Of a stretch of DNA of 64,000 nucleotides, positions 27,777-37,499 are shown one piece after another. Every line of letters begins with the position of its first letter. Position 1 is the stretch's first letter. The position numbers and the translations under genes were made by a program. The notes under the pieces were generated by a model. That model was not told the DNA's origin. It saw only the letters and a list, made by a program, of their open reading frames with translations, and ran no database searches. The stretch covers positions 64,001 to 128,000 of the forward strand of contig JBBILD010000005.1 of NCBI GenBank assembly GCA_037445065.1, given 5' to 3'. Source of the DNA: Myxococcales bacterium. Lineage in GTDB: Bacteria; Desulfobacterota; Binatia; HRBIN30.

Positions 27777-29249
27777 TTACCCGCCCAAAACAAACTCGGT
27801 TTCGCTTTCGTGGTCGTGGTGGCGCTGGTGACCTGAACTGCCGCTGATCCGCTTTAGCTGTTGAGCCAAATCGGTGACGTTTCTTTCGCGGTCAAAGTTC
27901 TCGATGACCCGCCTTCGGCCCGCTGCGGCCAAGCGAGTCCGTGTTACGGGGTGGTCCAATAGCTCGTCAATGGCCGTTGCAAGTTGCGCGGGATCGCCGG
28001 GCGGGACTAAGCGCCCATGAACGCCGTCTTCGATCAACTCGCGTATCCCTGGTAAAGCGCTGCTGACCACCGGGAGTTGCATGGCCATGGCTTCAACCAA
28101 CACGTTGGGAATCACGTCCTGGCGCCCAGCGCGCTCGACGATCGTGCTTGCCAAAACGAACACGTCTGCTTCCGCGTAGCGCAGTGCGGCACGTTCCTGA
28201 CTGAGCGCTCCGGTGAATTCCACTCGGTCGCGCACGCCCAGTTCCTCCGCCAATCGCTCCAGCGCACGCCGTTGCGGCCCGTCGCCGATGATGACGCAAT
28301 CGGCCTCATGCCGCATCTTGGCCAGAGCCGCGATCAGCACGTGGTGTCCTTTATAGATGCGCAGCGACCCGCAACTCACAATGCGGGCACGCGTGCCCAC
28401 CGTCTGTGGCTTCGGCCGCGGAGCGAAACGCTTCAAGTCCACGCCGTGATAGTTGACGAGCAGCCGCGCCTGCTGCCCGCCGCGCAAGCCGCGCAGGAAC
28501 TCTGCATTGACCCGCGCGCAGGTCACCACCAGTTCGGCTTCTCGCAGCTTTACTGGGAGTAAAATGGGCATCAAGTAAATGTCGTACGCATGCGCAGTGA
28601 AGCTAAAACGAATCCCGAACAGCCACTTGAGATAAAGCGCCACAGTCGTAGAAAACGTCGCCCAGTGAGCGTGTACCAATGCCACCCGCTCGTGCCGCAA
28701 AACCTCACCGAGAAACGCTGCCAGCGGCAGGAGCGCCAACGAGCGAAACAGGTAGACGGACGGACTGGTATTCACGACTTCTTCCAGGCGGCCCCTCCAA
28801 CCAGCCGAAGGGTAAACCTGCGCGCGCGAACCCCGCTGGCGGAGCAGATCCATCTCGCGGTCTTGCCTCCACTCTGCCAACACCCGCCGTACCACCCACC
28901 CGTACCGCCCCGGCAAAGAACGGAGGACTTGCAGGTTTGCCTTCCAAACCTCAGGCGCGAGCGGACTCGGGAGATACCGTACTCGCTCGAGGAGCGGCCT
29001 CGCCTCGGGCTGCTGCTTGCTCTCTGGAGCGGCTGGTTTGATCGAGTAAAAGCTCAGCGGTAAGCCGCGCTCTTGCAGGGCCAGTGCCTCCCACAGCACG
29101 AAGGTCTGGTGCAATACCGGGAAGGCTGGGTAGAGCATCGCGATCCGACCGCCGTCTGCTGCCTCGCACCGCGAGCCCCCAAAACCTGCATTCGCTGTTT
29201 GCGCTTGCTGTTGGCCAAACGAGTCGGTCCTACGCTCCCTCAGGGCCAC
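27777..29249 (-). CDS. GT4 glycosyltransferase (WcaL-like)
   Basis: QTFVLWE, VHAHWA, FSFTAHAYDIY, YHGVDL and DVIPNVLVEAMAM motifs. Start uncertain. Confidence 0.88.
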   Translation of the reverse strand: MALRERRTDSFGQQQAQTANAGFGGSRCEAADGGRIAMLYPAFPVLHQTFVLWEALALQERGLPLSFYSIKPAAPESKQQPEARPLLERVRYLPSPLAPEVWKANLQVLRSLPGRYGWVVRRVLAEWRQDREMDLLRQRGSRAQVYPSAGWRGRLEEVVNTSPSVYLFRSLALLPLAAFLGEVLRHERVALVHAHWATFSTTVALYLKWLFGIRFSFTAHAYDIYLMPILLPVKLREAELVVTCARVNAEFLRGLRGGQQARLLVNYHGVDLKRFAPRPKPQTVGTRARIVSCGSLRIYKGHHVLIAALAKMRHEADCVIIGDGPQRRALERLAEELGVRDRVEFTGALSQERAALRYAEADVFVLASTIVERAGRQDVIPNVLVEAMAMQLPVVSSALPGIRELIEDGVHGRLVPPGDPAQLATAIDELLDHPVTRTRLAAAGRRRVIENFDRERNVTDLAQQLKRISGSSGHQRHHDHESETEFVLGG

Positions 29250-29258
29250 GAGTCCGAC

Positions 29259-30710
29259 CTACGACACCAGCGCTGCCGGCCCGGGGTTCACCACAGCGCC
29301 GTTACCGTTTCCGTGTGTCGCGGCCCCCAGCAGGGCGTGCAGAGCAGGCACAACGCGCACCTCCACACCATTTTGAGCGCAGATGCTCGCCACCTCCTCT
29401 GCGACGACCTGGCTCACGTCAGCCATGCAAAGGAACACGACGTCTACTTTTTCCGCGGAAAGAGCCAAGCCGAGTTCTGCGGTCCCACCCAAGACCCGCA
29501 CCCCATGGATGCGGCTGCCCCAGCGCTCTGCAGCCTCATCAATGAAGCCAACTGGGGAATAGGCAGACAGCGGCTCTTCCAGCAACGCTCGGCACATCTG
29601 CTCGCCGCCGAGACCAGTCCCCACGATCAGAGCTCGCTGCTTCTGCACCTGCCGAGAGCGAGGTTGGTGACGGAGCCAAGCACGCAAGGCGCCGCGCATC
29701 GCTCCCGAGAACAGCAAGAGCAAGGCCCAATCGATCAAAAAGACCGACCGTGGGTGATACTGCATTCCCAAGAAATACGCTGCGGCTGCAACAAGAACCG
29801 AACCCGCCGTCACCGCCTTGGCCAAGGTTAGGTAATCCCAGAGGCTGAAGTAGCGCAACATGCTTTGGTACACGCCGAAATACGCCGTGGTGAGCGGCCG
29901 CACGATGGCAATAAGAGCCAGCGTTTTAACCACGTAGCTGGCGGCTGGGATCTCCCAATCGAAGCGAATTGCCAATGCCAGCAAGTACGTACCCACAGCG
30001 AGTGCTATGTCCGCAAGCATTAGGGCAATCCGCTTCCGTCGCTGCCACAGGTAACGTGCTCGGATCGCGCCTCGCACGGTAGCCCAGGCCCCCCCGGCAA
30101 GGAACTTTACGTCTCCCCAAAAACTTTGGGTCCGCACGTATTCCAAGTCCCTCGCTAGTTTGTCGGGCAAAATATGCCGGATGTAGTATGCCTCGGTGTC
30201 CTTGAGCCCGTCCGGATACTGCTCCGTTTCATCGCGTCCATGAATTTGGCTCGGCCCGAAAATCCCCGGTTGGACAGACAAGACTTCCCTTTGCTCCGGG
30301 TTATAGAAGGCGACGAAATACGGGTCCTCGGGTCGCGGTCCGACGAAGCTCATTTCACCCCGCAGCACGTTGATCAGCTGGGGTAATTCGTCAATCTTGG
30401 ACCAGCGTAGAAACTTCCCGAAGCGAGTCACGCGAGGGTCCCGCTTCGTGGTCAAGCGGGAACCCATTTTATACGCTCCGTCCACCATGGTCCGGAACTT
30501 ATAAATCTCGAACAGTTGTCCGCCGCGGCCCACCCGCCGCTGTCGGAAAAACACCGGCCCCGGCGAATCGAGACGGATTAGAACTGCTACAACGGCAAAC
30601 AACGGGGCTAGCAAAATCAGTCCGAACAGTGCGAGCGACACATCCAGGACGCGCTTCGCTAAACGCCCGCTCGGTGTCATGCGCTGCGCGACACGCCACT
30701 GTTCGCCCAT
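29259..30710 (-). CDS. Priming phosphoglycosyl transferase (Bac_transf) fused to a C-terminal TM + CoA-binding-like module
   Basis: [29 protein letters not shown] and [21 protein letters not shown] at the N-terminus, followed by 4 TMs and ALIVGTG...PVGFIDE...IHGVRVLG. Confidence 0.88.
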   Translation of the reverse strand: MGEQWRVAQRMTPSGRLAKRVLDVSLALFGLILLAPLFAVVAVLIRLDSPGPVFFRQRRVGRGGQLFEIYKFRTMVDGAYKMGSRLTTKRDPRVTRFGKFLRWSKIDELPQLINVLRGEMSFVGPRPEDPYFVAFYNPEQREVLSVQPGIFGPSQIHGRDETEQYPDGLKDTEAYYIRHILPDKLARDLEYVRTQSFWGDVKFLAGGAWATVRGAIRARYLWQRRKRIALMLADIALAVGTYLLALAIRFDWEIPAASYVVKTLALIAIVRPLTTAYFGVYQSMLRYFSLWDYLTLAKAVTAGSVLVAAAAYFLGMQYHPRSVFLIDWALLLLFSGAMRGALRAWLRHQPRSRQVQKQRALIVGTGLGGEQMCRALLEEPLSAYSPVGFIDEAAERWGSRIHGVRVLGGTAELGLALSAEKVDVVFLCMADVSQVVAEEVASICAQNGVEVRVVPALHALLGAATHGNGNGAVVNPGPAALVS

Positions 30711-30738
30711 CTCTCTACCTCCCGATGCGCTCCCGCTT

Positions 30739-31947
30739 TCAACGACGGCAGGCCCGCAGCACTGAGCGCAGCCGGTCTGCCACGTAAAAAACGTCTTGAT
30801 CCGTCAGAAGTGTGTAAAAAGGAAGCGAAAGAATCGTTTCGGAAGCATGCGAGGCAACAGGGAACTCCTCCGGTCGCAAACCGAACCGATTCCGATAATA
30901 CGAATGGCAGTGAAGTGGGATGAAGTGGACCTGGGTCCCAATGCCCTCTGCCTTGAGCAGTTCGATCAGTTCATCTCTGTGGATCCGCAGCCGTTCCGGG
31001 CGCAACCGAACGACATATAGATGCCAGGCGTGCTCGACGTCTGCACGGACCTGGGGCAGCTGCAGTTCGTCCACATCCCGCAAAGCCTCGGAATACAGAG
31101 CGGCCAAGGCTTGGCGACGCCGGTGGAACTCCGGCAAACGCCGGAGCTGCACCAGCCCAAGGGCCGCGGCGAGATCCGTCATGTTGTATTTGAACCCTGG
31201 GTACAGCACGTCGTAACGCCACGAGCCTTCGTTGCTGTACCGCCGCCAGGCATCACGGCTCATGCCGTGCAGCCGGCGAATTCGCACCCGCTCTGCCCAC
31301 TCCCCATTTGCGGTGGTCACCATCCCACCTTCGCCGGTGCACAAGTTCTTGGTGGCGTAAAAACTAAACGCCGTGAAATCGCCGATCGTTCCGATGCGCC
31401 GCCCCTTGTAAGCAGCTGGCAGGGCATGAGCGGCGTCTTCGATCACGACCGCTCCAGCCTGACGCGCTAAGTCCAAGAGCTCGTCCATCGGCGCCGGGTG
31501 CCCTGCAAAGTGCACCGGCACGATGGCTCGGGTACGAGGGCTAATCTTCCGCGCCACATCCGCTGGGTCCATGTTGAGCGTGTCTGGCGACACGTCCACC
31601 AGCACCGGTTGGGCCCCCGCGTGGATGATCGTGGCCGCAGTCGCAGTAAAGGTCAGGGTGCTGGTGATCACTTCATCCCCTGGTTGCAATTCGAGTGTAT
31701 CCAGGGCTAGGTGCAACGCAGCCGTACAGGAATTCACGGCCACCGCGTGCGGGCTTCCGATAAACTGGGCAAACTCCTGCTCAAACTGCTGGGTTCGGGG
31801 ACCAACGGTCACCCACCCGGACCGCAACGTCTCGACTACGGCTTGGATTTCGGCCTCACCGAGGTCCGGCCGGTAAAAAGGCACGGTGTGCCGCTCCCCG
31901 GAGTGCCAAACAGCGCTGTTTCCCGGTTGTTTGCTAGCCATGTTCAT
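30739..31947 (-). CDS. DegT/DnrJ/EryC1/StrS PLP-dependent sugar aminotransferase
   Basis: AVNSCTAALHL, EDAAHA, FSFYATKNLCTGEGG and GFKYNM motifs. Confidence 0.95.
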   Translation of the reverse strand: MNMASKQPGNSAVWHSGERHTVPFYRPDLGEAEIQAVVETLRSGWVTVGPRTQQFEQEFAQFIGSPHAVAVNSCTAALHLALDTLELQPGDEVITSTLTFTATAATIIHAGAQPVLVDVSPDTLNMDPADVARKISPRTRAIVPVHFAGHPAPMDELLDLARQAGAVVIEDAAHALPAAYKGRRIGTIGDFTAFSFYATKNLCTGEGGMVTTANGEWAERVRIRRLHGMSRDAWRRYSNEGSWRYDVLYPGFKYNMTDLAAALGLVQLRRLPEFHRRRQALAALYSEALRDVDELQLPQVRADVEHAWHLYVVRLRPERLRIHRDELIELLKAEGIGTQVHFIPLHCHSYYRNRFGLRPEEFPVASHASETILSLPFYTLLTDQDVFYVADRLRSVLRACRR

Positions 31948-32044
31948 CTCTTCGCGTCGCGGACGTAACTCCGGTTCGCGGCCAGATCTCGAGACCTTGC
32001 GTCTTTGAGCACACGGGCGGCGAGCAAGTCAACCGCCTGATCCA

Positions 32045-32935
32045 CTACCACCCTCCCTCCACGGCAAAGCGCAAAAGACCGGCTGCCTTCCGGTAGGCGA
32101 CGTCGTTCTTGCCCTTGCGCTCCAGCCATTTCGCAACCAGCGTGCGAACCGGTTCCATACGCAGGACAGCTGCGATCACCGGGTGGAATACCACCCGCTG
32201 CCGCAAAGGCCGTGGCCGGAAACCCATAGCGAATTTGAATTCGTCGAGCGGCCCCACTGGTTCGAGCGATTCAAGCCCGAAGGTAATCTCTCGCACTCCG
32301 CGTCGGACCAGCATTTCCTCGCTGACGAAGTAAATCAGCGCATTGTTCGGGTAGGCGCCGCGCTCTTCTCGGCACGACCTGGCAAGCAAAAATTCCACGG
32401 AATCCTCGAAGCTCACTGTCACCAGAAAGGCCGCCAACCGCCCGTCCACCCATGCCGCCCAAACCTCAAAGCCCGGGGATTCTTGCGCCGCGTCCCAGAA
32501 GCGCTCCCAACGCGCTTCACTCCACGCAGACTCTCGCCCCTGCCTGGCCAGCGTCTCCACGTGCGCTGCAAACCCTTGCTCGCGCAAGACTTGAAAACTC
32601 GCCGGCCCGACTTCGCACCGGCGCAAGCCCCGGCGGACTTTACTGCGCTGATTCGCGCTGAGCACTGCAAGGCCGTAACGAGGATGATCACACACGATTT
32701 GGTAGCTCAGTTTCCCACGCGCACCTAATGGCGCGGCGTACCGCACCCCGAGGCAGCGAGCTGAGCGGAACAAGCCGCGCAGCTCCTCTTCGTCAACCTG
32801 GTATTCGCGGTGGTGAGGCGCCGCCAAACAAAAGCGGCGATCTACTTCGTACCAGAAGGTCGTAGGCGTTCTGTGAACTCGGTGGCCGAGCCTTGCTAGA
32901 AACTCTGCATACGACTCAGCGGTTGCCACCGGCAC
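32045..32935 (-). CDS. FemAB/GNAT-like protein
   Basis: RSKVRRGLRR, PNNAL and LDEFKFAMGF pattern typical of FemABX-like GNAT folds in polysaccharide loci. Confidence 0.65.
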   Translation of the reverse strand: MPVATAESYAEFLARLGHRVHRTPTTFWYEVDRRFCLAAPHHREYQVDEEELRGLFRSARCLGVRYAAPLGARGKLSYQIVCDHPRYGLAVLSANQRSKVRRGLRRCEVGPASFQVLREQGFAAHVETLARQGRESAWSEARWERFWDAAQESPGFEVWAAWVDGRLAAFLVTVSFEDSVEFLLARSCREERGAYPNNALIYFVSEEMLVRRGVREITFGLESLEPVGPLDEFKFAMGFRPRPLRQRVVFHPVIAAVLRMEPVRTLVAKWLERKGKNDVAYRKAAGLLRFAVEGGW

Positions 32936-32948
32936 AGGGAGACACTCC

Positions 32949-34385
32949 TTACACGGCCGCGAGCTGGCGCATATCTGCCAAGATCAATCGCCGCAGGACC
33001 ACCCCCAACCCAACCAGCCAGAACAACAGAACGAACTGCCAGAGATCCGCGAACAGCGAAAAAAACAAAAAGGCCACAAAACTGGCCTTACAGGCTTTCA
33101 CGATCCACAAAAGGTCGTACAGGCCAGACTCCGGATGCGAACTCAACCAGCGGTCAGCCAGAACGAAGTTTCGCCATGTTCGCCAAAACAACACCAAAAA
33201 GGCCGCCAGGCAAAACAGACCACCTTCCACCAAGGCGAGAAGGTAGGAGCTGTGTGGGGCCGCAGTGGATCGAGCGGGATCTTTGAGAAAACGCGCCACC
33301 TCCCAGTTCCCCGCGCCCACCCCAAGGAACGGACTCTCCAGAAACAACTGCCAAGCGATTTCCCAGGATCGGGAGCGCCGCTCGAGGGAGCCGGCTCCCT
33401 CTCCAACCGCGGCCTGTTGCGTACCGGGCAGGTTGGTAATGCGCTCGAGGCTGCGCTCGGGAACGAATTGCGCGACAAGCACGATCAGCAAAAGCGCCCC
33501 AAATAGATAGTTCAGCAAGGTGCGCAGGCTCACACGCTCGTCCACCAAAATCGCTGCCACACACACAGACAAACCCAGCAAACCGCTGCGCGACGCAGTC
33601 ATGAACACCGCCAAAGCCATGACCGCAATGGCTAACAACAGCGCCGAGCGTACACCCGGAAGGCGCATCGTCCGGCGCAAGTACCACAGGCCAGCCACAG
33701 AAAGCACAGCGAGCATGGCTAGTCGGTTCGGGTTGTACGCGGCCGCGACCAGTCGCGCCTCTGTGGTTGCACGGTACCCGTACAAGCCACCTCCCTGCAA
33801 GACAGCCTGGACACCCGTGAGCGCGCTCATGACCATGAAGGTCAACCCCAACAAATAAATCATGCGGACGTGGTCGGGCGAACGGATGAATACGATGAAG
33901 AACAACGTAAAGGCCACCCGGTTCGCATAGATTCGCATGTTCGCGGCGCTGAGTTCTTCCTGCCCCAGCAAGTGCAAAGTCAACGGATCTGGACCATTGA
34001 GCCGCCCCGACAAGTAGTACATCAGCACCGTGAACCCGAGCAGCTGGATCTCTGGTGTGGTGAGGAACGACCAATCACGCTCCCGATAAACCCGGTACGC
34101 AAGCAACACGAGAAAGACCAGGCCGAGAACGTTGTTGATGGTCAGGAACCCGCGCCCTGCCAACGCAGCTGGGTACGTAATCAAAAAGGTCGACAAAAAT
34201 ACGGCGATTCCATAATGGGGCCGGCTCACGACGATCCCCGCGAGGATGAGGCCCGCCAAGATCACCAGGGCAGCGCCGCCCAGGATATACGAACCTAGGC
34301 CGATCCCCGAGCCCAGCAGAACAAACAAGACGACCGGCAAAAGCGCCTGCTCGCTCGAGCGGGGAAAACTGCCGACGGACTGCAC
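32949..34385 (-). CDS. Wzy polymerase / O-antigen ligase family membrane protein
   Basis: About 11-12 TMs; NPN, TASRSG, PFLGVGAGN and PHSSYLLALVEGG (Wzy_C) motifs. Confidence 0.88.
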   Translation of the reverse strand: MQSVGSFPRSSEQALLPVVLFVLLGSGIGLGSYILGGAALVILAGLILAGIVVSRPHYGIAVFLSTFLITYPAALAGRGFLTINNVLGLVFLVLLAYRVYRERDWSFLTTPEIQLLGFTVLMYYLSGRLNGPDPLTLHLLGQEELSAANMRIYANRVAFTLFFIVFIRSPDHVRMIYLLGLTFMVMSALTGVQAVLQGGGLYGYRATTEARLVAAAYNPNRLAMLAVLSVAGLWYLRRTMRLPGVRSALLLAIAVMALAVFMTASRSGLLGLSVCVAAILVDERVSLRTLLNYLFGALLLIVLVAQFVPERSLERITNLPGTQQAAVGEGAGSLERRSRSWEIAWQLFLESPFLGVGAGNWEVARFLKDPARSTAAPHSSYLLALVEGGLFCLAAFLVLFWRTWRNFVLADRWLSSHPESGLYDLLWIVKACKASFVAFLFFSLFADLWQFVLLFWLVGLGVVLRRLILADMRQLAAV

Positions 34386-34412
34386 CGGACTCCCAGCTCC
34401 TAGCTTGCTCGT

Positions 34413-35135
34413 CTAGAGCAAATTTTCGATGAACGCGGGAATGTAGGACCTCTGACGGTTCAGAACGACTCCTAGGATGCGGGCTCCCACCTTATCCAAC
34501 TGCCGTTTCGCTGCTTCCGCTTCAACTACTGGCGTTCGATCCGCTTCGACTACCAGAATCACTCCGTCCACTTTCGGGGCGATCACGCTAGCGTCGGCGT
34601 AGGCGTTCACCGGCGCGACATCCATCACAATGAAGTCAAACTGTGCCTGCAAGCGAGTCAACAGAGCGTCCAGCGCTTCCACCCCCACAGTCGCCGCCGG
34701 CTGCGCGCCCGCGGTGATCACTGACAAGTTCCACTCATCCACGCGCGTTATAATCGCCTCCGGCGCGGCGCGCCCCAAAGCATAATCCGATAGTCCCAGA
34801 GGAGAGTCCACCGGCAGGACGTAGCGCAGGCTCGGACTGCGCAAGTTCGCCTCCATGAACAAAACCCGGGCATCTCTTTCCCGAGCCAAGGCGGTGGACA
34901 AGCCCAAAGCCACAGTGGTTGTACCCTCGCCATGCCGGCTCGAGGTCACCATGATGGTGTGTAGACCGGCGGGCACCGTGATCGAGAGGACGCTCGCACG
35001 CAACCGCTGGTAGTCCTCCTGAATGGCCGCAGAAGGGTCCGCAAGCGCTGTTGGTGGCTGAGGTAACGGCTCCTTCAGCCGACCCCGCTCCCGCTCTTCC
35101 TCGGCTTTTTTCAGCGCCTCATAGATCTTACTCAC
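34413..35135 (-). CDS. CpsD/CapB (Wzc C-terminal)-like tyrosine kinase homologue with variant Walker A
   Basis: MSKIYEALKKAE N-terminus, TSSRHGEGTTT, EANLRSP, FDFIVMDVAP and ILGVVLN motifs. Confidence 0.88.
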   Translation of the reverse strand: MSKIYEALKKAEEERERGRLKEPLPQPPTALADPSAAIQEDYQRLRASVLSITVPAGLHTIMVTSSRHGEGTTTVALGLSTALARERDARVLFMEANLRSPSLRYVLPVDSPLGLSDYALGRAAPEAIITRVDEWNLSVITAGAQPAATVGVEALDALLTRLQAQFDFIVMDVAPVNAYADASVIAPKVDGVILVVEADRTPVVEAEAAKRQLDKVGARILGVVLNRQRSYIPAFIENLL

Positions 35136-35175
35136 GATGGCTTCCGTTCGTTCCGCAGCGAGCTAGCACCAACTC

Positions 35176-36735
35176 TCAAGCTCGCGGGGTATCGCGAATG
35201 GTCCCCAGCAACGGTAACCCCAGGAACCGCACCACATCGGCTTCTGACCGTAAAGAACGCGAAACATACTCTCTCACAAATGCGCCACCGATTCCAACCA
35301 CAAGACCTGCAAGGATGGCAAGAGTCGCGGACACTCGGCGTGTATCCACTTGCGGCAGCGGCAAAGCCGGCCTTTGCACTACGTTGACGTTGACCAGTTT
35401 CTGCTCGTCCATCGCCCGGCTAATGCGCGCTTCTTGCTCGCGCTTGACATAGAGTTCATAGCTATCGCGGCGCGTCTTCACTTCTTGCTCCAGCCGTTCG
35501 AACTCCACGGCTTTTTCGCGCAGGGTCACCAGCCGCCGAGTGGCACGGCTCAGCTCGTCTTCCAACGCGGCCTGACGAGCCCGCATCTCACTGAGTTGGC
35601 TTTCCAAGTCGAGCAAGACCCGCAGCCGTTCTTCACGCAAGGGGTTGGTACGATAAAGCTGGTGCGACACAATGGTGGGCCGGTCGCGCAGCTCGGCCTC
35701 GAGCGCCGAGCGAAGCTCCTGAATTTCCTCCTCATTGTCACGCACGTGACGGTCCTTTTCGGTGTATTTGCGCAGTAACGCAACACGGTCCACCTGGCGG
35801 TCTACCAACTGCGAGGTCAACTGCGTGATCACCGGGTTGATCTCGAGCGACTGTGATCGTTTGACCACCTCGGGTTGCTGCGCAATCTGCTCCCGCAGGA
35901 CCCTCAACCGCTCCTCCGTCCCCGCGACTCCAGCATTGATGTCCCGCAAAGCACTGCTGAGCTCCCCGACCATCCGGACTGAGGTCGCAATCTCATCTAC
36001 TGGGGAAACAATCCCTTCCTTGGCCGTGAATTGGATCAGCGCTTCCTCGGCTTTGCGCAGCTCTTTCTCTAAAACCTTGCGCTGCTCGTCGTAAAACCGG
36101 GGAAGTTCCTTGTTACCGTGCACCTCGGCGTGATAGGCCATGTATTCATCCACCAGCCGGTTCACGACCCGCGCTGCATAAGCAGCGTCGGAATGGCGGT
36201 AGTCAATTTGGATCACGTTCGACGCCTTGATCGGGGTCACCGACAGGGCACTCTGGAGGGCCTGCAGTTGAGCGGCAATATTCACGGGTTTTGCAGCCAC
36301 CGGAGCGACGCCACCGTTCTCTGGCATTGCTAAGGAGCGAGCAACCGTCTCGAGCAAATCTCGGCTATTCACGATGTGAACCTCGGTGTTCACCAAAGCC
36401 TCGTTCAACTGCACCGGCTCGAGCTTGGTCACGTCCGTGGGCTGGACCGTTGGATCGGTACGGGAAGCCGAGATCATGATTTTCGCCGTGGCCACGTACT
36501 TCGGGCGCTGCAAGATGGTTCCCAGCAGTCCGGGTAAAGCAACGGCGAGAAACAGACCTCCGATCAAGCGCTTGTGCTTAAAAAGCACATGCAGCAAGTC
36601 GCGCACTTGGTCGGCCGCCGCTGCGTTCCACCCCCCGTTGCCGTTCCACCCGTAGTTGTTTGCGGCGACATTCGCGCCGCCCATGGAAACGGTGTTTCTT
36701 ATGTTGTTAGGCCGCCGTTGCGGTTCGAACGCCAT
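35176..36735 (-). CDS. Polysaccharide co-polymerase (Wzz/GumC, Wzc N-terminal part)
   Basis: Two TMs flanking a long coiled coil; PKYVATAKI, SNVIQIDY and LGLPLLGTI motifs. Confidence 0.9.
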   Translation of the reverse strand: MAFEPQRRPNNIRNTVSMGGANVAANNYGWNGNGGWNAAAADQVRDLLHVLFKHKRLIGGLFLAVALPGLLGTILQRPKYVATAKIMISASRTDPTVQPTDVTKLEPVQLNEALVNTEVHIVNSRDLLETVARSLAMPENGGVAPVAAKPVNIAAQLQALQSALSVTPIKASNVIQIDYRHSDAAYAARVVNRLVDEYMAYHAEVHGNKELPRFYDEQRKVLEKELRKAEEALIQFTAKEGIVSPVDEIATSVRMVGELSSALRDINAGVAGTEERLRVLREQIAQQPEVVKRSQSLEINPVITQLTSQLVDRQVDRVALLRKYTEKDRHVRDNEEEIQELRSALEAELRDRPTIVSHQLYRTNPLREERLRVLLDLESQLSEMRARQAALEDELSRATRRLVTLREKAVEFERLEQEVKTRRDSYELYVKREQEARISRAMDEQKLVNVNVVQRPALPLPQVDTRRVSATLAILAGLVVGIGGAFVREYVSRSLRSEADVVRFLGLPLLGTIRDTPRA

Positions 36736-36764
36736 GTTTTTGTCCCGTTTCTATCAGCCGGAAA

Positions 36765-37499
36765 CTAAAACGTGGTGCCTGCCCCCACGCGCGGCTCGAC
36801 CGGCAAGAGCCCCCGGATGTACAGCCGCACAAACGCGTTGACATCCCCGATAAAGGTCCGCGGAACATACAGGATATCGCCGGGACGAAGCTCCACGTCT
36901 TCGGGGGAGCCGCTGCGTAAAGCCTGCGCGAGATCCAGCCTGGTTCCCTGATACTCTTCTTCCCCGGGAGACAGGCGCAAGACGCTGTCCACCCGTGCCG
37001 TGTCCAAAAACCCGCCGCGGTCGGCAATTGCCTGCAGGGGCGTCATCCCCTCGCGATAGGGGACAATCCCCGGCACCCTCACTTCTCCCATTACGTACAC
37101 TTTGAGTTCGGCCGTCTGGGCCACAAGGACGGAGACCTCCGGTTCCCGCAAGCGGTCCTTGGTCCGCTCGACGATCTCCTGCGCCAGTTCCTCGGCCGTT
37201 CGGCCTGCAGCCTGAATGTCTCCTCCGAGTTGAAGAGTGATGCTCCCGTCCGGCCGCACCAACGTCTTGATGTCCAACTCCGGGTGGTACAAAAACTTGA
37301 TCCGCAGTAGGTCTCCGGGCTTGATGCGGTACGGAGCCGCTTGCCCAGGCGGCAATGGAAGCGGTGCATCCAAGGGAGGTAATGCTGCCATGGGAGCACC
37401 TTGCCGGCTACACCCAGCACCCAGGGCGGCGATCGACAACGCGGCGAACACAGCAGCACGAAGTCGATTACGCACGGGTCTCTCCCTCCCGGTCTGCAT
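36765..37499 (-). CDS. wza: Polysaccharide export lipoprotein (OPX/Wza family, short form)
   Basis: Lipobox LGAGC, PES motif YRIKPGDLL...VRPDGSITLQLGGDIQAAGRT, SLBB VYVMGEVRVPG and LRPGDILYVP. Confidence 0.9.
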   Translation of the reverse strand: MQTGRERPVRNRLRAAVFAALSIAALGAGCSRQGAPMAALPPLDAPLPLPPGQAAPYRIKPGDLLRIKFLYHPELDIKTLVRPDGSITLQLGGDIQAAGRTAEELAQEIVERTKDRLREPEVSVLVAQTAELKVYVMGEVRVPGIVPYREGMTPLQAIADRGGFLDTARVDSVLRLSPGEEEYQGTRLDLAQALRSGSPEDVELRPGDILYVPRTFIGDVNAFVRLYIRGLLPVEPRVGAGTTF

